The notes below the pieces were generated by a model. The model was not told the DNA's origin. It worked only from the letters and a program-made list of their open reading frames with translations, and searched no databases. A program made the translations under genes and the position numbers. Positions 25,685 to 38,403 of a stretch of 64,000 nucleotides of DNA are shown here, in pieces (the stretch's first letter is position 1; every line of letters begins with the position of its first letter). The DNA comes from Lama glama (taxonomy: Eukaryota), in the NCBI GenBank assembly GCA_028534125.1, contig CM052817.1, forward strand, positions 20,090,001-20,154,000, in the 5' to 3' direction.

Positions 25685-27665
25685 AAATATATGTAATTCC
25701 TAAATGCATCAATTAAGACAGAACTTGTCAGATTGGATCAAAAAACAAGAACCAACCACATGTTGTTACAAAAAGCTTAGTTTAAATGTAAAGACATATA
25801 TATAGATGAAATGTAAATAGATGGAGAAATATGTTCCATGCTAATCCTAGTAAGAAGCAAGCAGAATATATTAATTTCAAACAGTGCAGTCTTTATAGTG
25901 AGAAAAGTTATCAGGGATAAAGATAATTACATAATGATACATAATGATAAAGGGGTCAATTCTCCAAAAACACATAACAATCCTGAATCTGTATGTGCTA
26001 ATATAGCATTAAACTATCTGAGGCAAAAACTGATACAGTTTCAAGGAAATCAGTGAATCTACCACCATATTTGGAGACTGCAACACCCTTCTATTAGAAA
26101 TGGACAAATCCAGCAAACAGAAAATGAGAAAGGGCATAACTGAACCAACAGCGCCATCAGTCAACTGTGTATAACTGACATCTTTAAGTGGCTTCATCCA
26201 ACAACAGCAGAATACACAATTCTCTCAGATCACATGGAACATTCATGAAGCTAGAACACATTTTGGGCCCTAAGACACACTTTAACAAAGGTAAAATAAT
26301 AGAAATCATAAAGTGTATTCTCTGAGACTTTAATGGAATTAAACTAGAACCAAATAACAGAAAGGTAACTGAAAAATCCCAAATCACATGGAGATTAAAC
26401 AATATATATATTTAAATAATACATGAGTCAAAACAAATCTCAAGAGAATTCAAAAACATTTTTAACTAAATGAAAATGAAAATACAACTTACCAAAATTT
26501 GTGTGATCTTATAAAAGCAATACTTACAGGGAAACTTATAGTATTGAATGCATACATTAGAATAGAAGAAATATCTAAAATCAGTAATCTAAGTTTCCAC
26601 ATTAGAAAACTTCAAAAGAGAAGAGCAAATTAAATCCAAATTAAGTAGAATAAAATAAGTAAGTATTAAAACATATCAATAAGAGTAAAAACAGAAAATC
26701 ACTAGAGAAAACCAATGAAACCGAAAGTTGTTTTATTAAAAATATCAATGAAATCTATGTACCTCTAGCCAGGAAACAATGAAAAAAGAAAGTTACACAA
26801 TTTACTAATATCAGAATAAAAAAGGAACATCATTAGATCCTACAGACATTAAAATAAAGAAATACTATGAATAACTTGATGCCCACACATTTGATGATAC
26901 AGATGAAATATAACCTTCTAAAACAGAAAGCACCAGACTTAGATGGCTCACTAGTAAATTCTACCAAACAGTTAAGGAAAAAATTATACCAATTTTCTAC
27001 AATCTCTTTCAAAGGATAGAAGCAGAGAGAATATTTACTAACTTGTTCTATGAAACCAGCATTACCCTAATACTAGAACCAGACAAAGACATTATAAGAA
27101 AGTAAGACTACTGGCCAATATCTCTCATGAACGTAGGTGAAAAATCCTCAACAAATTATCAACAAATACAATCCAACAATAAATGAACAGAATTATACAC
27201 AATGACCAAGTGAAATTTATTCAAGATATGAGAGTCTGGTTGAAAATTTGAAAATCAATAAATGTAATCCATCATACCAACAAGCTAAAAAAAAAAAACC
27301 AAATGGCCATATCTATAGCTGTAGAAAAAGTATTTGACAAAATCCAACAATCATTCATATAAAAATCCCTCAATAACCTAGAAATAGAAGGAAATTTCCT
27401 AAACTTGAGGAAGACTAACACAAAAAATTTACAGCTAACATATTTAATAATGAGAAACTGGAAGCTTTCCCACTAAGTTCAAGTAGAAGTCAAGATGTCC
27501 CATCTCACCATTTCTTTTTAGCATCATACTGGAAATTACTGCTAATGCAAAAAGACTAGAAAAGGAATTAAAATATGTATAGATTGGTGAAGAAGGCTTG
27601 AAAATCTTTGTTTACAGATGATATGATCGTATATGTATAAAATTCAAAAGAATTATCAAAAATCT
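25685..27665 (+). mobile_element. Decayed L1 ORF2 segment (endonuclease through the RT catalytic motif), old L1M subfamily
   Basis: Endonuclease start (…DWIKKQEPT…), linker, and RT blocks 'ttctatgaaaccagcattaccctaatac', 'ccaatatctctcatgaac', ending at LFTDDMIVY (about 27608-27634). Many stops and frameshifts; an internal deletion near 26908. Confidence 0.95.
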
Positions 27666-30600
27666 CAGAGTTCCTAGGAAGGAGATGTTAATTGTGGCAA
27701 AAAATAAATAAAAATAAAGTTTAATTATGTTTAAATCAATCATTCCAGACTGAAAGCACAGGCTTAGCAAATACCAAGAAATATTAAAAATATGTGTAAG
27801 CTGCTAATTTATCTGCAGACTGGAGTATAGGTAAGTGAAGTTCAACAGTGAAAATGAGCCGTGATCACAATATAGAAGCCGTTTAATACTCTCCATTCAA
27901 ACTGGCTAATATTATTCTGTAAAGAAAAAAAAAACATTGAAAATAATCAGCAGCAAACAGAATAATGCATCTTCAAACATATTACAGTCTACCTTTTCAA
28001 GAGAAAGATATTAAAACAGTTGACCTAATCCAATAAAATTAGCCTCAGGACTTTATATCCTAAGACCAAAGGATCCACAAAAACATTTAGAGAAAATAAT
28101 AGGTGTAAACGTGACTATTGACAACTTATAACTATTTAACATTTATTTTCACTTATAACCTGAAGATTACATAAACTAACAGTATCATTAAAATTCTCCA
28201 CCTTCTATTCTTGTACAACTGTGTGAATGTCTCAGAGTTTAGAAGATCCATTCTCCCCAATTTTCTGTTGTATAATTAATTTTTTACTCAGCACAAAAAT
28301 GTAGGTTTGGGGGGCAGCTTTTCTTCTCTTATAACTTCTAGAAAAGCTGCTAAATTTCTTATTTTTTGTCAGTTGCCCTAAAGTATTTCATAATTTTTTA
28401 GTGAGAAGACCAAGGAAGATGGCTTTCCTATTTGCCAATCTTGCTTGCATTTTTCTCCTTCTTTATTTCTATGTGTGTCTCCTCCCTAGGATATACAAAG
28501 AGAAGTAAATGTCATATTCGAAAAGCAACAAAAACAAAATTATCATAATACATTTGTTGAATACTCAACATCTTAATGCTCTTATTTGTTTATTTATTAT
28601 TTGATTTCTTGTAAGTTTTCTGTCTACTTCTTTCTTACAGGAATTTTTAATTCAGAAATAATATTCAACTCCCTGCTTGAATTTCTTATTGAGATTATTC
28701 ATTTCTTGATTACATAATAAGTATTGTTGTCAATCTGCATATTGTGATGGTGTGAATTGTGTTCAATTCCAGGTCAGTAAACAGATATTTTTAATCTTTA
28801 CATTTTACATTCCAATTTTATATCAGTTTTCTGTTATGTGCGTATATATGTTGTATTTTATTATATTTCATTGAAACTTGAATATTGAGAAGAGAAGACT
28901 CTTTTAATACACACCTGAAGGTAATAAGTTGACAAAAACTTGGCATGTTTTAACCAACTTCATCATTGTATGGTTTTGTGCAATAGCGATGATCCTTCAA
29001 CTTTTTTGTTTGATGTCTTGTCTTTATTTTCCCTTTTTACTGTATTTCTCTCTCCAAAAGTATAATCTGATGTCTACAATTGCATCCTTTTTGGCTAAGA
29101 AAGAATTGTTAATTACAGCTGATTTGGCTGGTAAGGGTAAAGGCGGATATTTGATAAATGACAGTGTTATGGAAATGGAAATCAGACTCTCTATGTAAGT
29201 CTCTTGCAGTGCTAAAGTAACAATAATTAGACTTACTGCCAATTTTCATAGTCTCTGTGATTTAATGTGCCGAAAATATTTCAGGAAGAAAAGTTATGTA
29301 AACTATTTATACATAATAGCAAATAAATATATAAATTATAAGAATTTCAATTCATTAACTTAGTGTTTTGGCTATAGGAAGGAATGAAAACATTAGTGTA
29401 TTCAGAAAATTACATAATGTTTCACATTCTGTGGAGGTGTATTTGATATGTCACATTTATAGAAATAGAAAGAACTTTCTGAAAAGAAAAACAGGTAGAG
29501 TTTTAGGTTTAAAAAGAGATTTCTGTTGTTACGTGGGAATTTTATATTCATTATAATCTACAAATATGCCTATTAAAGATTATAAAACTTGACAAACAAG
29601 GAGAAGATTTTGTTCTATGATGACATATAAGACATAACAGAAGGAAGATGTTTTTGTAGGAGTTGAAATGATTCAGTATATATACTAAAATTCCTAGTTT
29701 AATTGATATTTTATAAATCTATTCTCAATGAAGTTAATATAAAATTTTTATGCTTTATTTTCATTAACTAGACTTTCCTAAAGAATTTACATAAGTTCAG
29801 TATATGTTAAGATTTACTTTAATTTAAGCAGAGCCAGTATTTTCAAATAGCAACTTTATCCATTGGTAAGCATACTCATTCATTTGGAGACAATATACTG
29901 TGTTTTACTCCATTTGATATTTTCTCTTTACAAACCAGAGTTTTTATAATTTCAGATGTTTACATAGAGCATTACAAATTAATGCATGTCAAAGTCAGTT
30001 TTTAAATGCATCTGGGGTGGAAGGAGTGTAGTCACAGTATAATCCTCAGGAAGTAGAATCAAAGTCTTCAGCAATTGGGTCATTTATAGATGTAGTGTAC
30101 ACATAGCAATGGGTCCACAGATTTTTCTCATTAACAGATTGTTCTGCATAAGTAATAAATAATATGTAGGAATAAATAGTAATAAGAATAATAACTTCCT
30201 AAAAGGGATTTTCTTATTGTTATATGATATAATTAATGTAGAAGTTTTTGATTATAAGTTAACGAGTATAATTATTTAGAATTATTATTATGATATGTTG
30301 GAGAAACAATGATTGACATCACAATCCTTTATTATAGTTTTCAACAAGAGAAAAGATAAATATCAATCACAAATTGCAAAATTTTAGTGGAGAGAAACAA
30401 ACTACAATTTTGATAGTTAAAGTTTTGAGGCAGCTTGCTTTTAATGGTAACAATGTAAATTCTTCTGATCCCCAAAATATTGCATTACCAACAAAACATT
30501 TGAAATTTTACCACAAAAAATAATCATTTACTCTAATATGCTATACCCTAAAAAACTGAAAAAGAGATACATCACTCAAGACAGAGTAAGACACAGCCAT

Positions 30601-31049
30601 TACAACTCATTTTCAGTGACTATTTCACACCATTTTAAACCTCAGAGAAGGATTTTTAAAAAGTTATCATTGGAAGAAATAAAGGAAGTATAAGGAAGTA
30701 ACAAGAAGTTTTAAAAATGAGAACCAAAAATAAATACTACCCCTCTTCACAAAGCAATCTTGGAGCAGCTTGCTCCCTTAGGATAACTGTGTTTTGTTTT
30801 ATCATTTATCCTCTGTGAAATCTGTAAACTTTTAACAGAGAAACAATCAAGATTACAAATGCTGAGGAATCACAGCATTAGAACAATAAATCCCAACTCA
30901 TCATGTCAGTCTTTCATTCAAAAGCTTTCAGTTTCACATGTCCTCTGCATTAAATCAGAGATTATTTCATCCTCCTCCATAATTTGTCATTGACATATGT
31001 TTCCAAGCTTACCAATAAATTTACTTAAAATAAGTGCCACACACATTGA

Positions 31050-32145
31050 TTTTTTAATAGCTAGTGTTTCTTGAGTGGCATACTCTGCCAGTCACTATTC
31101 TAGTATTATTTTATGTATTATTTTCTTTGATATTCAAAATATTCTTATCAGGTAGTAACTATTCTTTTTTTAAATTGAATTATACTCAGTTTACAATGTT
31201 GTATCAATTTCTGATGTACAGCATAATGTTTCAATCATACATATACAAACATATATTCCTTTTCATATTCTTTTTCATCATAGGTTACTCTATGATATTG
31301 AACATAGTTCCCTGTGCTATATACAGTAGACACTTGTTTATCTATTTTATGTATAGTAGTATCTACAAATCTTGAACTCTCATTTTATCCTTTCCTACCC
31401 ACTTTTCCCCCAATAACCATGAGTTTGTTTTCTGTGAGTCCATTTCTATTTTGAAAATAAGTTCATTTGTGTCTTTTTTTTCAGATTCCACATATAAGTG
31501 ATACCATATGGTATTTTTCTTTATCTTCCTGGCTTATTTCGCTTAGAATGATGATCTCCAGATCCATCCATGTTGCTGTAAAAGGTATTATTTTATTCTT
31601 TTTTTATGACTGAGTAGTAGCCCATTGTAAAAATATAGCACACTTCTTTATCTGTTCATCTGTCAATGGAAATTGAGATTGTTTCCTTGTCTTGGCTATT
31701 GTATATAGTGCTGCCATGAACATTGGTGTGCATGTATCTTTTTGAATTTGAGTTTCCTCCAGATATATGCCCAAGAGTGGGACTGCTGGATCATATGGTA
31801 AGTCTATTTTTAGTTTTTTGAGGAATCTCCATATGGTTTTCCATAGTGGCTTCACCAAACTACATTCCCATCAACAGTATAGGAAGGTTTCCTTTTCCCC
31901 ACACCCTCTCCAGCATTTATCATTTGTGGGCTTTTTAATTATGGCTATTCTGACTGGTGGGAGGTAATATCAAATTGTAGTTTTGATTTGCATTTCTCTG
32001 ATAATGAGTTATATTGAGTATTGTTTCATGTGTCATTTGGCCATTTGTATGTCTTCATTGGAAAATAGGTAGCAACTAATCTTATTCCCATTTGGCAGCT
32101 CAAAAAGCCAGGCTCAGCAGTTAAGAAATTTGCCCAGAGATTAAT
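31050..32145 (-). mobile_element. MIR split in two (about 31050-31166 and 32067-32145) by an L1 insertion
   Basis: Left part 'ttgagtggcatactctgccagtcactattctag'; right part 'attcccatttggcagctc...aggctcagcagttaagaaatttgccca'. Confidence 0.7.
31167..32066 (-). mobile_element. 5'-truncated L1 (ORF2 C-terminus and 3'UTR), cetartiodactyl type
   Basis: Minus-strand peptide [29 protein letters not shown]…DTCTPMF. TSD aggtagtaactattctt (31150-31166) / aggtagcaactaatctt (32067-32083), 15/17 identical. Confidence 0.97.
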
Positions 32146-32309
32146 AAAGCTTTTGGTATTGGAGAAAGTAATTATCTCCAAAGTCTGAATATAACATTCT
32201 CACATGCCTCCCTAAACATATCTGGACATACAACACAAAAGATATAAATGGATCCTAGAGAAAACAAATAAAAAAAGATCTCCCCATTTTTATGCATACA
32301 TCTCCTTTT

Positions 32310-32670
32310 CTTTGAATACAGAGTCCTCCTGAACCTCCTTCTACTAAAATCTTCAGATCTTTCAGAGTCTAGTTTAAACTCCACCTCCTTGATGAGACAA
32401 TCAGTAATCAATAATACATTGATATCAATCTATAATGATAACTAAATCCTATTTCTTCTCTCTCTTCTCAGAATCCCACACCAACATTTTGTTGAATTTC
32501 TTTTATTATAAAATTAACTTCCAAACTGAAAAACAGTTATTTGTATCTTATGATCATTGCCCTCCCATCACAACTGAAATCCAGTTCCGTGTCTCATTCT
32601 TGTTATCATCTTCTAAATGCTAGACCAGTGCCTTTTTGGCCAGAGAATATCTATTGAACAAATTAATTTA
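32310..32670 (+). mobile_element. L2 fragment
   Basis: 'tctttcagagtctagtttaaactccacctccttgatga' and the 3' block 'ctagaccagtgcct...tatctattgaacaaatt'. Confidence 0.55.
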
Positions 32671-33599
32671 TAAAGTTCTCTGGGATTGATAAACAAAGAA
32701 GAAACATTTAGGGGATGTCAACCAGTCAGGCAGAGTCTTCTCGCTGTCTCTCTCTTTCATAAAGCTAACCTATCAATTGTAAATCAAGACTATGACATGA
32801 GTAGAACATATTGCTGATGAATGATGCCTCCAGAATTTGGAAGTTGAGATATTGAATCGTTTTGTAACAGCTATTGTATTGCTGCCAAAAGCAAGGAAAG
32901 AATGGTGAATCCTTAGCTTCTGTCATGGGAATATGTAGTGTGTAAGCATAATCCTATACAGACTCAGACTATAACCCTCAGTTCCTCTCCATTACCTGTG
33001 TACAGAAATTCTCCCAACTCTCATGTGGTCTCAACTGCTTATTCCCAATATTACATTTTCAGCTTCATCATTCATCACACATCACCTTATTTCTAATTCT
33101 CAAGCTGCATTCAACTCCACTCCAGTCAGATTTTTCTGCTTAGATTATATTGTTCCCCAAATTGCTAAGAATTGTTCTCCTTGATTTTTCTTGTGAATAC
33201 ACTCAGTCATCCTTCAAGTTGCAGCTTAATGATTTTTACCATGATTCTTCATTTGCGGATTATTTACTATTCCGTGTTTACTTACCCTATTACAGTGTTT
33301 GTGATATAATTTGCTGGGTATATGCCTTCTCCAGCTGTCAGATCATAGCATTTAAAGGATAAAAACAACAGGGTCTAAGTTCCACAAAAGTAAGGATTAT
33401 TTTTCACCCATTTTGCTCACTGCTAGTTGTCCCAGAACATTATAGGTACTGAATTTCTGAATGACTATTTTGTGATCTTCCAAAACTCATAGCAAACAAC
33501 AAAACTGTCTATTTCATATAAACAAATTTTCTTAATTGAAAATTCTGAACACTAGAAAGTGTTTACTGTGGAATTTATATATGTGAAAAAAAGCATTGA

Positions 33600-33870
33600 C
33601 CATAAATATTCACAGCAAATGTAGTGACTCCAGGTATTGTTTTAAGTGTTGTATGGATTTTAACATACTTATTTTTCACAAGGACACTCTAAGCAAAAAT
33701 AATACTATTATTATAACCACTTCTTCAGCTGAGGAAACACAGGTACTAATCACTAAACAAAGGCTAATCATTTTCTTCAAATCACATAGTTACTAAGTAG
33801 TAGAGCCTGGATCAAATCCGAGTCATTTGACTTGAGTCTCGAGTCTGTCTTTCTCATCTTTGTGCTATCC
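33600..33870 (-). mobile_element. Near full-length MIR
   Basis: 'ccaggtattgttttaagtg', 'cagctgaggaaacacagg', 'atcacatagttactaagtagtagagcctggatcaaatcc' are colinear with antisense MIR. Confidence 0.85.
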
Positions 33871-34591
33871 TCTTTTCCTCCTCCAGCTGAAGGGTTGCAA
33901 AAGAATATAGGAAGATACAAATAAAAATATATGAATATGATTCAATAGAAGTCTTTGGTGAATGATTCAGAAACTGAGCCAAAGCGGAATTTTAAAATAA
34001 TGTTTTATCTTATAATAGGGACATACCAGCTTATATTCCTTGTGGAAAGAAGAGAAACCTCATAGGAATAGATGGAGTTGTGGGTAAAATTTAAATTCTG
34101 TATAATTTAACTTCATTTTAATTTCACCTTCTATTCACTTTTGCCTGTTTGCTCTGCAATGCTTTCCCAGCAGTTGAAAAGGCTACTTTGTTATTTTCTA
34201 AGATGCATAAGCACCTGGCAGAGTTTAGAAAGTGCTCTCCACAGTGTGTTTTCAGTAATTTTTTTCACAATGGACAATTTGGCATAATTACAGGGATTGA
34301 TTTTATGCAAGTCATCTTCAGTAAGTACGTGAGTTTTACTCACTCATTTCAGTCGCTGAATTTCCAAGAAAATACGTGTACAATTCTTCCAAGGTATATA
34401 ATATAGTGCAGTTTTTTTTAAACAGTTGCTTAGAGAACTTCAGAGTTGCAATTAATTTCTGAATTTTATAAGTGATTATTCAATAATATCCATATGATAA
34501 TAATTTAGGATCACCCACTATGTGTCAGGTACTTTTCTAAGCATTTACTTTGACACTGAACAAAAATACTCTCTAGTTAGAGATTTATGAA

Positions 34592-34785
34592 CAGCAGCAG
34601 ACTGGCAAAGTTTTTTTTTTAAAGCCCTGATTTGTAATATTTTCTCATTTTCTTGGTGTATGCACTAGCAAAAATTTTTCAAGCTTCCAATACGAAGCCA
34701 TTGAAGATGAAGTTGAGACGAGATGAGTGTGATGGACGGTCACAATCTGTTAGGAGGCAGTATAAGCCGGCAGAACACAGCACAT
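34592..34785. mobile_element. MER63A-like hAT DNA element
   Basis: 'aaagccctgatttgtaa...ggtgtatgcact...tttcaagcttccaa...gaagttgagacgagatg...agccggcagaacacagcac' follows MER63A as I recall it. Confidence 0.75.
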
Positions 34786-35099
34786 TAAAAACTCACATAT
34801 CCTACTCAGGAGGCAATGGCAAGTGCTAAAGACAAATAAGACAGAATAAGTGAATACAGGGAAGGCAAAGGAGACCAAAAAGGACATATCAGGAAAAAAA
34901 ATTATTAACCAGAATTGCATAGTGAAACGAAAGTCAAGGGAAAAAGTGTTTTGAAGATTGTGTCCTGTCAAGAAGGCAGGGCAATATGTCAAAGGGATAG
35001 TTAAAAAAAGAAAAAGAAAAAAGAAAAAAACAAAACCAAGCAAGGATCAGGATCAGGGCCTCTTAGAAATAGGAAACCAGGTAAGTAGATAAATACCAT

Positions 35100-35221
35100 A
35101 TGTTCTTCAGATACTGAGAGCAGGGTCGGGCTTCATGCATGATTCTGTCTGTAGCATCCGGCGCCGTGCATTATACAGGATAGGCGCTCAATGGCTATCT
35201 TCAATGACAAATGAATGAATG
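35100..35221 (+). mobile_element. L2 3' end
   Basis: 'taggcgctcaatggctatcttcaatgacaaatgaatgaat' is the L2 terminus with its TGAA repeats. Confidence 0.7.
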
Positions 35222-35479
35222 CTCTATTTTTCACTCAATACCCTTTATTCTCAGGCCCACGTGACGAATTTCTCTTTCAGTGTCATGGTGAGAACTTTGA
35301 GAGAATAACGGCTTTGGAGTTAGTTACACAACCTTGAACCTCACTACACCACAGAGTTCCTCACTATGTAAAGTGAGCTTCCTTCTCAGAGCTTGGAGCA
35401 TCACCTCGTTCATTTTAGGGTCCACTTCATTCTCTCCAATCACAGAGAAAGTGTAGTCCTTCTTTGGCACCAAGGCTGG

Positions 35480-35690
35480 TGAAGAGATGCAGATTGAGAA
35501 AGACACGAGTTTGATTCCCACATCTCCTACTTACCTGCCACGGAATTGCAGCAAGTTCTTTAGTAGTTCTGTTTCTCACCAGTGTAATAATAATAATAAC
35601 ACACGGGCCTATTAAAGAGATTTAGATGTTATTATTCATGTCAAGAATGACATTTAGAATTTTGTAAGCATTCCATACATACTAGTTCCA
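35480..35690 (+). mobile_element. MIR fragment
   Basis: 'gagtttgattcccacatctcctacttacctgcc...gcaagtt...ctgtttctcaccagtgtaataataataata'. Confidence 0.7.
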
Positions 35691-36444
35691 TTTCGTACAT
35701 AGTGATAGATCAATAATCTATTCAGCTAATGAATGAATGATGAACCATTCTGACTCTACTCTTCTCTTGACTATATGCCCCAAATACCTCCTCAAATGTC
35801 AATTTCTTTTCTGGGATAAATTGTTAGTTTATATATTATACACTTAATAGATGTTTTAATAACTTCCATGGTACCCTGGCTATAAATACTCAAAATAAAC
35901 ATTGGCTGATTTTTTTGACATTAATGGGAATTTTAAAATCATGTATTTTGGCACCTAAGTTTTACAATTGAGAGATGTGAGACTTACCAGCCTCAATTTT
36001 TTTAAGAAAAAGATGAATAGTGTTGAGGTAGGGGGAAAAAGTTATCCTATTGTACTTCATTGAAGGGGGTGTTACTTACTTTCAAATAATCTCAAAACAA
36101 ATTATGTTACTGTATAAAACAAAAAATCTTTCTGTTCATAGATAGGGAGAGAAGACAAGACACCAGGGGGGCTCATTGGTTTGTTACTATATTTCTGTGA
36201 GAAAAAAAAGCAAAACAAGACAAAAACCAAAATAACAATTTTGAGTACAGGAGAGGAACTGCCATATTCTTTAATACCAATGAAATATATGAATATAATT
36301 GTGTGTTTGTATGTTTCTATTTATCATATTATATAGAACCAATTTATGTAGTATTCTTTATATGCCATTCAGTGTTTATGAATGCTTCAAAATATGTTTT
36401 GTAGAAATGCACACAAACACTCATACACATACACACACATACAA

Positions 36445-36663
36445 TTATTCAGTCATTAGATCAGGCACTGAGACAAACTTTGTAATCATTACTTCTTACA
36501 ATAAGCCTAGGAGATTGAATCTACTATGATCTCATTTTACAAATAAGCACCCTGAGAATAAGAGAAGTGATATGAACAAAGTCACAGAGCTAGTCAGAGG
36601 CAGAGCCCAGAACATGAACTCAGTTTTATCAGATACAAAGCTGCAGTTAACCATCATACTATG
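36445..36663 (-). mobile_element. MIR
   Basis: 'tctcattttacaaataagcaccctgag...aaagtcacagagctagtcagagggcagagcccagaacatgaactcag'. Confidence 0.85.
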
Positions 36664-36667
36664 AGAC

Positions 36668-36960
36668 AGTCACTCAGTCATTCTACAAACACTTATTGAA
36701 GGCAGGATATGTGAGGTTTCACACAGATATTGAAAATACAAATTCTAATAGCGTACAGAGCCTTCTCCTTTCATCAATGTCACAGTCCAACATGGAAAAT
36801 AAACATGTTAACAAGGAATACATTACAATGTGGAATATAATATGATAAAAGAGGCAACACTAAGTGTGCTGGATAAGTACCTAAAACTTTGTGAAAATGA
36901 AGGAGTATATACCAGTCCTGAAACAAGAGTAGACATTCACCAGACCCTAGACAAGAGGAG
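36668..36960 (-). mobile_element. L2 3' fragment
   Basis: 'cactcagtcattctacaaacacttattgaaggc' is the antisense L2 end, followed by 'tcacagtccaacatggaaaataaacatg'. Confidence 0.7.
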
Positions 36961-37613
36961 GTAGACAGAATCTACAGGCTACTTAGGAATCTGCTGTGTT
37001 AGCTTGCTAAAAGCTTGAAGAAGCATTTAGACACCGACAAAGGAGGGAGCATTTAGATTGCGGTGATGAGTTCCAGAGGCTGATGGGGTCATGCACAAAA
37101 TGAGGGAAAAATGCAAGCCAAGAATATCAGTCTAATAAGTTGCTGTGAAGCTCTACTAACTTCACTTTGAATTTAAAATTGCTTTCCATTCCCACACCAA
37201 GGTCAGCAGACTAAAGCATCATTGGGACAGTGTTTTACACATTTATCTCCTTCAGACTCAGAGGGTAACCTGCTTTATATCTCACTTAGAATCCCCAGGG
37301 ATGTCTGAATTCCCTATAACACCATAAGAAGAAGGTGTTGTCACTTAGAAAATAATATAGAGTCATGCTTTGAGAGCTATTTTCAAGATTTGATATCTTA
37401 GGGAACGTGACAATCTAACAAAATTTGATGACCAGATAACAAAGGAAAAAAAAAAAAAAACACCCAAACCCTGCAGAATGTAAGCAGGGAAATAAGGGAA
37501 TTAATTCTCCATAATTTGTTTACTATTGATTAGTTCTTTTACAATAGCACCTGTAATACAATATTCAGGTACTGAAATAGCCAAGAATTAAGAACTCTAA
37601 TTAGAAGTACCGT

Positions 37614-37643
37614 TGAGTCAGCAGTGAGCACACAGGGGGCAAG
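37614..37643. promoter_or_regulatory. Candidate AP-1/MARE site (TGAGTCAGCA) next to a CTCF-like motif (CACACAGGGGGCA)
   Basis: Motif matches at 37614-37623 and about 37629-37641 in apparently TE-free sequence. Function is not shown. Confidence 0.3.
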
Positions 37644-38286
37644 GTAAGCTAATAACAGAAACATTTTATTAAAGCATAAGTCACAGGTTGACCTGCTTCC
37701 AACTATACCCACAGCTAAGTGATGCAGCAGCTAAAATCCTGACAAAGCAAGTCAGAGGACCATGGGATGGTCCTAAGCAGAGCTAATTCTTAAAAGAAGC
37801 ACTTTTCAAAAGAGCAGGGCCCAGCATTCCTTGTAGAAACCTTCTTAAAGATGTTATTTCATCATAAGCAACTCTCAGCCCACTTAATTGACAATTTTCA
37901 GTACAAACAACGTTGCATATAGATGAGAAAAAACGGGCAATAAATTCTAGGTGATATATATACACATATTATTTTTTCAGAGCTATGTGAAAGAATGGCC
38001 AAAAAAAGAAATGTGAGATGATGAAAAGTAGGTGGCTGTAAGGAAATGCAAGAATGAATGGCAGAGCAGGGAAGAAAGGGGAAGAAAGCAAATTTGCAAT
38101 GTGAAAGGTTTCTGCTGGTCTGTGGGGCCCTCCAGCAAATGTGCCTGTTGTTGGCAGTATTACATGTGTCAGCTCCATCAGTGGTGGAATGTGAGTTTAC
38201 TGTAAATGGGAAGAAATCATTCAAGAAACATTTTTTTCTTCCTAACAGGTTTATTTATTTATGATTTTTGTTGCTCTCTCTTTCAG

Positions 38287-38403
38287 AATCATATTGATAG
38301 GAGAAAGTGTTCCTATACAGGGCAGCTTTATTTGATATTGGTTTATTTTAAGTGGTGTCTGGATCATTCTGCCAGTTTCTCAGTACGCTGTTAATTCGCA
38401 ATG
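38287..38403 (+). other. Candidate spliced non-coding or 5'UTR exon, 117 nt
   Basis: Branch point CTAAC (38242-38246), AG-free pyrimidine-rich tract ending tttcag (38286), donor ATG|GTAAGA. Stops in all three frames; the only ATG is the last three bases. Confidence 0.4.

Noticed and set aside
25685..27665. Functional reverse transcriptase or endonuclease gene
   Set aside because: Decayed L1 ORF2 with many stops, frameshifts and an internal deletion.
38058..38394. ORFs of 68 and 62 aa in the unique block
   Set aside because: They run through the pyrimidine tract of the splice acceptor and resemble no known protein; the splice-based reading fits better.
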